Positions 33,019 through 42,579 of a stretch of 64,000 nt of DNA are shown one piece after another. A program made the translations under genes and the position numbers. Below the pieces are notes generated by a model. It made no database searches, was not told the origin of the DNA, and saw only the letters and a program-made list of their open reading frames with translations. The DNA is from Histomonas meleagridis 2922-C6/04-290x (lineage: Eukaryota; Protista; Parabasalia), in the NCBI GenBank assembly GCA_020184695.1, contig JAANOX010000034.1:543118-607117 (forward strand). Direction: 5' to 3'. Every line of letters starts with the position of its first letter. Positions within the stretch are counted from its first letter, which is position 1.

Positions 33019-34497
33019 ATGAGCAATATAGAGAATCTCCTTGAATCTAGCGAAGATAATAACTCAACTCTTAACACAAGTCTTATTGCAGAAGAAGAAG
33101 TTGAAAAGAAAAAATTTACACAACATTCTGCAATTGTTACATTATTGATGATGACAATTGGTCCACTTGCCCTTTTTGCAACAGCTGCATTCGGTACAGT
33201 TGATCTAATGATAATTTCAAAAGGATTGCGTAATATTGAACCAACTGCTGCAGCAGTTATTGGATTTGCTTCTTCGCCAACATTAGTTATTACAAGTTTT
33301 GGAAGCATATTTTCTCAAGCTTTAACAGCTTATTTAACAAAATTACTAGGTAGAGGACAACGCGAAGCAGCCGCATCATTAGCAAATGATGTTATTCGTT
33401 TAAGTATTATACTACCAATTCCTTTTGCTATTGGCTATAATTTTGCTATTAAGCCGTTTTTAAGATTTTCTAATTGCCCGGAATCATTATTGGATGCTTC
33501 GTATAAGTACATAATGCCATTAATTTATTTCCTCCCAGCTATTAACCTTTATTCAACGCTTACAGGATTTTTACAAAGTATTGGAAGGTCAGGATTAAAT
33601 GGTGGAGCCAAACTTATTTCAACAGGCTCTTCAACACTTATTATTCTTCCTATTATAATCTTTGCTATCAAAGCAGGCACTGCTTATGTCAAATATTCGA
33701 CTGCTATAGCTGATTTAATTGTTTGTATTATTCTTTTTATTCTCATTTACAAAGGAAAATTCTCAATCAAACTTAACTTCAGAATGCTCCTCGACAAGCC
33801 AGTCAAAGAGACACTCAGAGCTTTTGTTCTTGCCTTACCAACGACATTTCAAATTTTATATCTCATTCTTCCATCTGCACTTGTACTTAAGGCAATGACA
33901 AGCGTCGACAAAGAGCATAGTGAACTCGTAGGTTCGGCATTTTCATCAATCAACAAAATTTTACTTCTTTTGACATCTTTGATTGGATCCTTCACAGGTG
34001 GTTTTCTCTCAGCGGCAACACATGCATTTGGATCTAAGAACTACAAACGAATGTACGCTTTACTTGGCTGGACAATTCTAATCTCATTTGTGATTATTGG
34101 AGTTGTATCTCTTGTTGTCATCTTTAAGCCAAGTGCAATCAACAAGATGTTCTTAAACACAAAAGAAGAACTTGATTACGCAAATAATTTACTCCCAATT
34201 CCATTTTATACAGAAGCATTAATGGCAATATCACTACCTTTGGTTGTTTTCTTGGTTGTCATTGGTAAGCCAATTTTCAGTATCTTTGGCGCTATTATCC
34301 AAACTCTTTTTATATGCGTATGTGCGATTATAATTGCAAAGAAAACCCATAGTGCAAAGGCAGTTTTATGGGCTTATAATATTTCAAATCTATCAATGTT
34401 CTTGTTGTTCATTTGCTCTTTCATTTATCAATTCTTCCAAATCAAGAAATTACAACAAAGAGAACTAGACTTAGAATCTATGTCAGGAGCTGTGTAG
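33019..34497 (+). CDS. MATE-family efflux transporter, paralog 1
   Basis: ~12 TM segments with a two-fold internal repeat, GFLQSIG, FLSAATHAFGSKNYKR; ATG at 33019. Confidence 0.8.
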   Translation: MSNIENLLESSEDNNSTLNTSLIAEEEVEKKKFTQHSAIVTLLMMTIGPLALFATAAFGTVDLMIISKGLRNIEPTAAAVIGFASSPTLVITSFGSIFSQALTAYLTKLLGRGQREAAASLANDVIRLSIILPIPFAIGYNFAIKPFLRFSNCPESLLDASYKYIMPLIYFLPAINLYSTLTGFLQSIGRSGLNGGAKLISTGSSTLIILPIIIFAIKAGTAYVKYSTAIADLIVCIILFILIYKGKFSIKLNFRMLLDKPVKETLRAFVLALPTTFQILYLILPSALVLKAMTSVDKEHSELVGSAFSSINKILLLLTSLIGSFTGGFLSAATHAFGSKNYKRMYALLGWTILISFVIIGVVSLVVIFKPSAINKMFLNTKEELDYANNLLPIPFYTEALMAISLPLVVFLVVIGKPIFSIFGAIIQTLFICVCAIIIAKKTHSAKAVLWAYNISNLSMFLLFICSFIYQFFQIKKLQQRELDLESMSGAV

Positions 34498-34812
34498 AAA
34501 ATTTTTTTTTCCAGCAAATTTAAAATTATCGGATTCTTAAATAAATAAAAATTACAGACATAAAAAGTAGATGATCGGGGATAACCGTCTGAGTAAAGTG
34601 GTGTCACATGACACCAATCTGTCAAATGTCACAAATGTGGTGTGATTTTCAGGTTAATAAATTGTAAACATTTTAATTATAACGCTCACTCATCGCACGT
34701 TTACACCCGATGTCCTTAGGTGGCCACACGCTTTCAATTTTTTGACTTTTGAATACAAAAAACGTTTTTTCTCCTATTGAAAATACAATTAGATTTTTTG
34801 GCCAGAAAGGTA

Positions 34813-36309
34813 ATGGAAAATAATCCTTCCATTAATCAAGGACTCCTCGATAGTGACGACGTTTCACACATTGATCCAGAGATTCTTGCTGAAGAAGAAA
34901 AAGAAAGAAAGAAATTTACTGACCATTCACCATTGGTAACTTTATTAATTATGAGCCTTGGTCCTTTAGGACTTTTTATTTATTCTTCTTTCGATGCTAT
35001 CGATTTAATTGTCGTTTCAAAAGGTTTGAAAGAGATAGAACCTGAAGTTGCAGAAGTTATCGGATTTGCATCTACTTCATTTTTCATTGTTCTTAACTTT
35101 GGTACAATTGTAGGTCAGGCACTGACTGCGTATGTTACAAAATTACTTGGTCAAAGAAAAAGAGAACAAGCAGCTCTTATTGCTAATGATATCATTCGAG
35201 TTTCATTTTTGATTTCGATACCAGTTGCTGTTGGTTTCAACTTTATCATTAAGCCATTTTTGCGGTTTTCTAATTGTCCTGATGAATTATTAGATTTGTC
35301 ATATAAGTATCTTCTTCCATGCGTTTATTTATTCCCATTCTTTACTCTTAACACAACAGAAGTTTACTTCCTCCAAAGTATTGGTCAAGCTGTCCTTAGT
35401 GGTATTCTTAAAGTTGTATCTGCCGGTGTTTCAACATCTATTACATCATTGTTAGTCTTTGCATTCCACGTCAACTCCGACTACATCAACTTCTCTGTTA
35501 TGGGTGTTGAAGTTGTTATGTCAATGATATTATTTACGTTAATATATACTGGAAAATTCTCTGTTAAGCCCAAGTTTTCAATGCTCATCAAGAAGTTTTA
35601 CAAGGAAACTCTTTCAGCCTTTGGTCTTGCATTGCCTATTTTATTCCAAGTTCTTTATCAAATCCTTCCACCAGCTTTAGTTCTTAAGTCAATGACATCC
35701 GTCGATCCTGAAAACGCAGGACTTATTGGATCTGCCTTTTCTGCATTCAACAAAGTATCATCAATTTTAATATCACTTGTAAACTCATTCTCTTGTGGTT
35801 TCCTCCCAGCAGCAACTCATGCCTATGGTGCTAAGAATTACAAACGTATCTATCAATTACTTATTTGGGCTATTATAATATCAACATTAATTGTCGGAAT
35901 TATTCAATGCGTTGTTGTCTTTGCACCAGGAATCATCACAGGCTGGATTTTGAATGATGCGGAACATATGGACTTTGCAAATAATTTACTTCCAATTCCA
36001 TTTTATGTTCAATTCCTTACTGGAATCTACATGCCCCTTTCCCAATTCCTTGTTTCTATTGGAAAGCCAATTTTCAGTACAATTGGTTGGGCTGTACAAA
36101 CAGCATGTATTTGTACATTTGCGTTTGTTCTTCCTAAGATCAAAAATGAGGCTTCTTTTGTTATGAATTCTTATAACATTTCTAATGCAATCGTCTTTGC
36201 ATTCTTTGTTGTTGTATTCATTATCCATCACTTCAAGCTTAAGAAGCAAATTGCGGAAGAGAAGGACAACCGCTCTATGAGTGAATTGACAATGCCAGTT
36301 CTTGGCTAA
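34813..36309 (+). CDS. MATE-family efflux transporter, paralog 2
   Basis: Colinear with paralog 1 (FLRFSNCP, FLPAATHAYGAKNYKR); ATG at 34813. Confidence 0.8.
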   Translation: MENNPSINQGLLDSDDVSHIDPEILAEEEKERKKFTDHSPLVTLLIMSLGPLGLFIYSSFDAIDLIVVSKGLKEIEPEVAEVIGFASTSFFIVLNFGTIVGQALTAYVTKLLGQRKREQAALIANDIIRVSFLISIPVAVGFNFIIKPFLRFSNCPDELLDLSYKYLLPCVYLFPFFTLNTTEVYFLQSIGQAVLSGILKVVSAGVSTSITSLLVFAFHVNSDYINFSVMGVEVVMSMILFTLIYTGKFSVKPKFSMLIKKFYKETLSAFGLALPILFQVLYQILPPALVLKSMTSVDPENAGLIGSAFSAFNKVSSILISLVNSFSCGFLPAATHAYGAKNYKRIYQLLIWAIIISTLIVGIIQCVVVFAPGIITGWILNDAEHMDFANNLLPIPFYVQFLTGIYMPLSQFLVSIGKPIFSTIGWAVQTACICTFAFVLPKIKNEASFVMNSYNISNAIVFAFFVVVFIIHHFKLKKQIAEEKDNRSMSELTMPVLG

Positions 36310-36425
36310 ATATCTCCTATTATTACAAATAAAGGAATAAATTTACAACTTCTTTTTGTAAAATTATAACACTTTTGCCGGCGACCGTTTACCGAAGAAC
36401 GCTGATTTCGTTTTTTTGAGAGGGA

Positions 36426-36432
36426 AACCGTT
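36426..36432 (+). promoter_or_regulatory. M3-like (Myb-type) core promoter motif AACCGTT
   Basis: Fits the trichomonad M3 consensus, 11 nt before the Kelch ATG; similar AACGGTT copies at 18207, 18232 and 42081 lie near gene starts. Confidence 0.4.
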
Positions 36433-36443
36433 AGTATTGTTTT

Positions 36444-37613
36444 ATGGGAAATGAGCAAAGCGTGAAACAAAGGAATGAACGACCAATTGATGCATATATG
36501 TATGCACCTGTGACAACACGTAGAACTAAAGCAAATCGTGTGGGGGATTTTCAACAAGGAAAACCTTTTATTAATGTGAAACAATGTGCACCTCTTTTAA
36601 GAACTGCATATCATGGCATCTGGTCTATGAGTTTTACTAATACTATAGCACCACTTACTAGAATGGGTCAATGTAGCGTTTATGATTCTTTAACAGACTC
36701 TTTAATAATAGCTTATGGTTGCGATAAAAGTGGTCATTGTCTCAATGACGTATGGTCCCTTGATATCAAAAACCTTTCATGGCGACCACTAGCAAATCAT
36801 TTATTATCTCCACGTCAATATCCCTCCTCAATTCTTATTAACCGTAAGATGGTAATATACGGAGGCAACCAAGGGAATGAGTTTTACACAGATCTTCATT
36901 CTATAGACATTGATACAGGTGAAATTATTATTTATGAAACTCATGGAGAATGTCCGATCTCACGTACTTCTCCCATTCTTTTCTATCAAGACTCCCGACT
37001 TTATGTCTTAAGCATCTATGACACCACATCACGGTTTAGTGTTTACATGCTTGATCTTCAAGAACTAATCTGGCATAAACTTTCCGAAACTCATTCGTCA
37101 TTACCATCTCCATCATACTGTGAGCACCGGGGCGAATTTTACATATTCGGTGGCTCGAAGAACACGGCCGTTACCAAATTCCATCCCAACGACGGAACAT
37201 TTGAAGCGTTTCCATGCACAGGGACTGAGCCACCATTAGATTTGTCGCGTTCGTCATTAGTCTCCGCCGACGAATACATCTTTCTAATCGGGGGCGAGGC
37301 GTCGTACCCGTACATGCACTTGTACGCGCTCGACACGAAGCGCCAGTGGTGGTTCGCGTTCCACATCCGCCCCGACAATGACTCGCTGTCAGTACAGGAC
37401 GGAACGGTGAGCCCAGTCGGGCTGTTCATGCTGCCGAGGGAACACTCGTCATCAATCGCGTACTCGAAGTACAGGAGAGAGCTCATCAGCGTGATGGGAT
37501 CGAGAATGATCGACCCGCCGCCGGTGTTCAAGATAGTGATCGGAGAGGCGCTGTCAGTGCTCCACTTGCGAAGTGACATGTTCGAAATGTTTAATAATTC
37601 GTATTATTATTAA
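36444..37613 (+). CDS. Kelch-repeat protein with possible N-myristoylation (MGNEQS)
   Basis: PRQYPSS..MVIYGG, FYIFGG, YIFLIGGE, LNDVWSLD repeats. Confidence 0.85.
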   Translation: MGNEQSVKQRNERPIDAYMYAPVTTRRTKANRVGDFQQGKPFINVKQCAPLLRTAYHGIWSMSFTNTIAPLTRMGQCSVYDSLTDSLIIAYGCDKSGHCLNDVWSLDIKNLSWRPLANHLLSPRQYPSSILINRKMVIYGGNQGNEFYTDLHSIDIDTGEIIIYETHGECPISRTSPILFYQDSRLYVLSIYDTTSRFSVYMLDLQELIWHKLSETHSSLPSPSYCEHRGEFYIFGGSKNTAVTKFHPNDGTFEAFPCTGTEPPLDLSRSSLVSADEYIFLIGGEASYPYMHLYALDTKRQWWFAFHIRPDNDSLSVQDGTVSPVGLFMLPREHSSSIAYSKYRRELISVMGSRMIDPPPVFKIVIGEALSVLHLRSDMFEMFNNSYYY

Positions 37614-38267
37614 AAATGTTTTTTTGTGTGAATGAATGATAACTTTTATTGAATCAAAACAGGAAAATATGAATAACAAAGTATTAAAATTAATTTAATT
37701 TAAGTAAGGCAAAGATATTGGAGGGGAGTCGTTTGCTCCGATTTTATATACGCAGGAGGAGCCGCCTTCCATTTGCGAAAAAAATAGGTGGTTCGGCATA
37801 AAGGCAGAAGGTCGTATGCCGCAACCCACCGAAATTGCACATAAGGTACTCACCATTTAAATAAATTCAGAGGATACAACAAGCCGCACCACCCAAGTTG
37901 CTCTTGTGATTTTTTCAGTAGTTTATTCTCTCAATTTCTCCATTTTTTTGAATGTCAAAGGCATGGACACACACACACAAAAAAAAAAAGATTGACTATG
38001 TTGTCTGACGGAGAAACGATAACAGATAGTGGAAGAAGCAATGGAATTTAAAATAAATAAATAAATTAATTACATGAATGGATTTCATTTAATGCAATTA
38101 AATTGAAAACATAATTTTGGTATTAAGATAAAAACTGTTCCTTTAAAAAAATGAAAACCACATATTTCAAGCAGGAACTTGAACACAATGCATATTCCCA
38201 GTTGGTAATTCTATCATTAATATAATCAAATAAATTTCTTTTCATAAATAATCAAATACGAAAATAT

Positions 38268-38580
38268 TTAAAAACACTTCAAATGAACAAGCCCTTGTCC
38301 CGCTTCGTCATATTCATTCCGCGTGATAACCATTTGTTGGAATGTCGGAAGTGATGCCAGTTTACATCCTCCAATCCACGCTGCGTATTTTGGTTCTGGT
38401 GTTGAGGTGACATTTATTTTCATTGTTGAAGACGCAAGGTCCATAAGTTCGTTCTCTATACGTTCTTGAAATCCATCGAACATCGTGTTTCCGCCTGAAA
38501 GGAATACATTAGCAAAGAGATCTTTACGAAAATCAGCGTCGCATTCCATGATTGATTCAAAAAGAGTTTGATCAAGAACG
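38268..38580 (-). pseudogene. 5'-truncated actin fragment (C-terminal ~105 aa)
   Basis: SIMECDADFRKDLFANVFLSGGNTMF...KYAAWIGG..LASL.TFQQM.I...EYDEAG..VHLKCF*; no ATG and no upstream actin sequence. Confidence 0.85.
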
Positions 38581-38879
38581 TTATAAAAACTCAAAACGCA
38601 TTTTTCTTATTTATTTCAGAAAATATATAAATTTTATATAATATTTCATATTTACCTATAAGAAGATAGTAATATATTTTATTGGCACTGATTAATTTTC
38701 AAGAAATCATTCTGAGTATAACATTAGAATGCACTAGAAATATCTTGGTAAAAAATTAATTTTAGTCCAAGGTGTTATATTGGTTGTTAGGCAACATATC
38801 ACATATTTTGTATATCCTTTTTATTTTAAAATATTTAACTAGAGAATTTCTTTGATAAGCTTTTATAATTTATTATTTA

Positions 38880-39491
38880 TTATTCGTTCTTTTTTGCTTC
38901 GTCAATACGCTTTTTAAGTGTGTTTGTGTTCATCTGTGAGTACTGATCCCAAAATCTTTTTTTGTAAAGATTTCCAAATCCAAAAAAGAACACAATACAA
39001 AAAGCAGGGGAAAGTCTTCCCATTAATTCCCAATATGTAATCTGTTTTGATGACATTGATGAAATCAATATAATTTCATCTGTAACTGTTGATGCCGCAG
39101 TAATAATCAAATTAGATGTTGAAACAAATCCAGAAACGTAACAACTATTGTCTGGTGTACCACCTGAGATATATATAGTGTCATTATCAATTTTACTCAT
39201 TTTGAGTGTTGCAATTAAATCTAATTTGACATTAAACATTTCGATTTGCGAATTTGTTACATTAAAATGAAACAATTGTTTTCCTATTACTTTACTTGCA
39301 CTTACATCACTCATTACAGATCCATTTGCTTTCATGATGTAGCTTGATACAATTACTTCTTCTTGGAAATAATCATTACTATCAAATCCTGTTGTTTTAC
39401 TAACTAATAATCTCCAATCTTTGTACTCTGTTATGTCAAAAGGAATTTCATTTTCTCCAAGTGCAAATGCAAAAAAATGAAGAAAAAACAT
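38880..39491 (-). CDS. Hypothetical membrane protein (signal peptide plus C-terminal TM)
   Basis: MFFLHFFAFALG N-terminus; PAFCIVFFFGF near the C-terminus. Confidence 0.7.
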   Translation of the reverse strand: MFFLHFFAFALGENEIPFDITEYKDWRLLVSKTTGFDSNDYFQEEVIVSSYIMKANGSVMSDVSASKVIGKQLFHFNVTNSQIEMFNVKLDLIATLKMSKIDNDTIYISGGTPDNSCYVSGFVSTSNLIITAASTVTDEIILISSMSSKQITYWELMGRLSPAFCIVFFFGFGNLYKKRFWDQYSQMNTNTLKKRIDEAKKNE

Positions 39492-39547
39492 TAAAAATCC
39501 AATTCAAACAAAGCATTGAAATCCAAAAAAAATAAAACATTTTTTAT

Positions 39548-42052
39548 TTAATCATCATCATTTTCAAATTCGTCATCAGCCAATTCACCAAAGTAATCCT
39601 CTTCTTCAAACGCATGAGGTATAAATGAATTAACAAAATCATAAGAAATTTCATCAAAATTGTTTTCATCACATCTGAAACAAATACTTAACCTTACCAA
39701 ATAATCAAAAGGCCTTTCTTCTATTTTAACCCACAATGGACTTTCAAATGATAAACATGGATTTATTGATAATAAACATCTAAATAACCTCAAAAACCCA
39801 AACACAATTTGTTTTATTACCTCACTAGAGGAAAAACATAAAGTCTTTACGTCGTTTATGAATACAACTAAATAATCATTAAAGTATTTGATTGTATCGA
39901 AATTATTAAAATTCGTAATAAACAATCTTAAACACATAATTTTTTGTTCATCTGAAATCAGATTTTTTATAAATGCCCAATTGATGCATTTATAAGCCAC
40001 AAAATTTATTTCATTTGATAATTGATCGAAAATTGGAAACAAAAAATCGATTATTTCTATAGAAAATTCTCTTAAAGTCAAAGTTTCGTCACTTCTTTTT
40101 TGATAAATTTCGATATCTGTGGTAAAATTATCTGATTCTATTGTATCGCAAATCAGTTTAATAATTTCTGCGATTAAATTTTGATTATTTTTTAATACGT
40201 TTAACATTTCTACGCATTTTTTTATTATTATTAATGCGTTATCGAATACAGTTAATAAATTCCAATCATTCCAAAATATTTGGAATGAATCTAATCCAAG
40301 AGCATTAATTATTGCCTTTAAGAAAGAAGAAAACAATGAACTTGGAATTGACTTATATAAGTTACCCAAGAAATTTATGAAATTTGGTTTAAATTCATTT
40401 AATTCATTTAAGTTCATTTGATATATGAATACTAAAATTGGTTCTAATTTAGTAAATTGGAAATTAATAAAAAATTCATAATATTGTAATCTTTGTAATG
40501 GATTCAGATTCGAAATTAATATTGAAGCTGAAGATGTTAAATATTTTTCTTCAGATTTTATAAATAAAATTATGATGTTTTCAATGTTTACTACTTGTAA
40601 TATATTTTGGAAATTCGTTTTACAAATTTCTTCAATTATTTCCATTAAATCATTTTTATCAGTTATTAAATCAGTTGAAAGTAAATTTAATGATATATTA
40701 AATAGTTTTGCTATGGTTTCTGGATCAACAAATTTAAAAATCGGTTTAATAATTCTTAAATAATTTATTAAAGCTACAAAATGTGAATGAAAAAAAGTGT
40801 TTTCAACACATAAAACCGCTGACATTTTTTCATAAACCATTCTAATTATTTCTAAATCTTCGTTTTCATTTAAAAATTCATTTAATGCAACTAATATCGT
40901 AGCAGCTTCATTTATATTATGAATTTCATTTAATATCAAAACTAAACAATTTATAATATCATTTTTATTAGATATATTACGTAAAATTTCTAATGTTATA
41001 AGTAAAATCTGATCAGAATCAATTTGATTTAAAGTAATTGTTGAGGATATTTTTGACATTATAATTGGAAATAATTGTGAAACAATTTCATTATGATACT
41101 TAGTAATGTTAACTAATAATAATTTCATTAATTTTGTAATTTCATAATTTGGTATTTGGAACAAATTAAAAATAATCGGAAGAAATTCCAAACAAATATT
41201 TGTAGATGAAATAGGTGAAATAGAAACAAATAATAACTTAGAAACTAACTCAAAAACTTTTATGTTATCTTTACTATTATTTAAAATAATTTGAACTTTT
41301 TCTAATAAATTTAATGATTGGATTAAAAAACAACGAAATTCAATCGAAAGTGTTCTTTTAAACAAAGAAATTAATGCCTTTAATCCAAACTCACAACAAT
41401 TTTGATTTCTAATTAATTCCAAAATGAAATTTATCATATTTTTATCATTATCATTTAATAAAAGTGATAAATCAATCCATTCGATTGTTGCCGAAAATTC
41501 GATTTTTGCTTCGTTAATATTTAATAAAATATCTTGAATAAGTGTAATTATGATTTTATATTGTGTTCCATCAATTAACATTTGATTAATAATTTCTTTT
41601 CTCTTTTGTATAAAATTGAATTTATTTAAAAATTTATAAAAATAAAATTTAGGAAGATTAAAGATACCATCAAAAGAATTAATGAAATGTGGATATAAAT
41701 TAAGAATAATTATACATTGCGTTTGTGTAATTAATGGTATATATTCAAGTTCATGATAATTATCATCTTTTATTAATTCTTCAAAATATTTATTTAATAG
41801 AAGTGGATAAATTTCTTGTGGTATGAATTCCCATTGATGTTGAACAAATTGATATATATTATTAATCGCAAAACTACGTGATAATTTATGTTGAAATGAA
41901 TTGAGGTTTTCTAAGGACCAGAGAAATGATTCAAAATTATTATAATTCCCTAAAATTAAAATAATATGTGAAAGATCATATCCTGCTGGTATTGGCACTA
42001 ATTGGTGTGACATTAAAATTAGTTCTTCTGATAAAGGGATCAATTCATTCAT
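39548..42052 (-). CDS. HEAT/ARM karyopherin-like protein, possibly exportin-T-like
   Basis: All-helical L/I/F-rich sequence; IEWIDLSLLLND resembles exportin-T SWIDxSLIAND; first ATG at 42052. Confidence 0.5.
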   Translation of the reverse strand: MNELIPLSEELILMSHQLVPIPAGYDLSHIILILGNYNNFESFLWSLENLNSFQHKLSRSFAINNIYQFVQHQWEFIPQEIYPLLLNKYFEELIKDDNYHELEYIPLITQTQCIIILNLYPHFINSFDGIFNLPKFYFYKFLNKFNFIQKRKEIINQMLIDGTQYKIIITLIQDILLNINEAKIEFSATIEWIDLSLLLNDNDKNMINFILELIRNQNCCEFGLKALISLFKRTLSIEFRCFLIQSLNLLEKVQIILNNSKDNIKVFELVSKLLFVSISPISSTNICLEFLPIIFNLFQIPNYEITKLMKLLLVNITKYHNEIVSQLFPIIMSKISSTITLNQIDSDQILLITLEILRNISNKNDIINCLVLILNEIHNINEAATILVALNEFLNENEDLEIIRMVYEKMSAVLCVENTFFHSHFVALINYLRIIKPIFKFVDPETIAKLFNISLNLLSTDLITDKNDLMEIIEEICKTNFQNILQVVNIENIIILFIKSEEKYLTSSASILISNLNPLQRLQYYEFFINFQFTKLEPILVFIYQMNLNELNEFKPNFINFLGNLYKSIPSSLFSSFLKAIINALGLDSFQIFWNDWNLLTVFDNALIIIKKCVEMLNVLKNNQNLIAEIIKLICDTIESDNFTTDIEIYQKRSDETLTLREFSIEIIDFLFPIFDQLSNEINFVAYKCINWAFIKNLISDEQKIMCLRLFITNFNNFDTIKYFNDYLVVFINDVKTLCFSSSEVIKQIVFGFLRLFRCLLSINPCLSFESPLWVKIEERPFDYLVRLSICFRCDENNFDEISYDFVNSFIPHAFEEEDYFGELADDEFENDDD

Positions 42053-42579
42053 CAACAAAATAATTTATGTTGACGGTTTGAACGGTTATCGATTCATTTT
42101 CTAATTACAAAATTACACTTACAAAAAGAAATAGTAAAGATTATCAATCCTTGATTTAATTAATCGTTACAGGTCGCCTTCAATCGCAAAGAGATCAAAG
42201 ATTAAAAATTTCATAAATATAAATAAATTAATATTATCAAATCAACACAAATTTTGGTGATTACCCAATAACCTGTAGTGGGGGCGTGCGTTATTTCCTT
42301 TGTAATACAATTTATGGATGATAATAAATGAATTTTTTTTAATTATTGATTAATTTTTTTTCCTGAATGACGTTTCTAGTGGCTTATCAAAATATAAGTG
42401 TTTGCACCCATTAAAAGCAACCTGTATAAGTCCTAAAAAGAAGAAAAAAATCTGAAAGATTTTTAATTTTTGCAAATTGTCGTTTAACTTTGAAAAAAGT
42501 AACTTCATATCAAATTCTCTGAAAAATTCAGAACACCCTTTCAAAAAACCGGGCGGGAGCAGCTCCAATTTTTTTATAA

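Noticed and set aside
37139-37579. 146-aa antisense ORF, and other short shadow ORFs in the track
   Set aside because: They overlap well-supported genes on the opposite strand or frame; this one is explained by the GC-rich 3' end of the Kelch gene.
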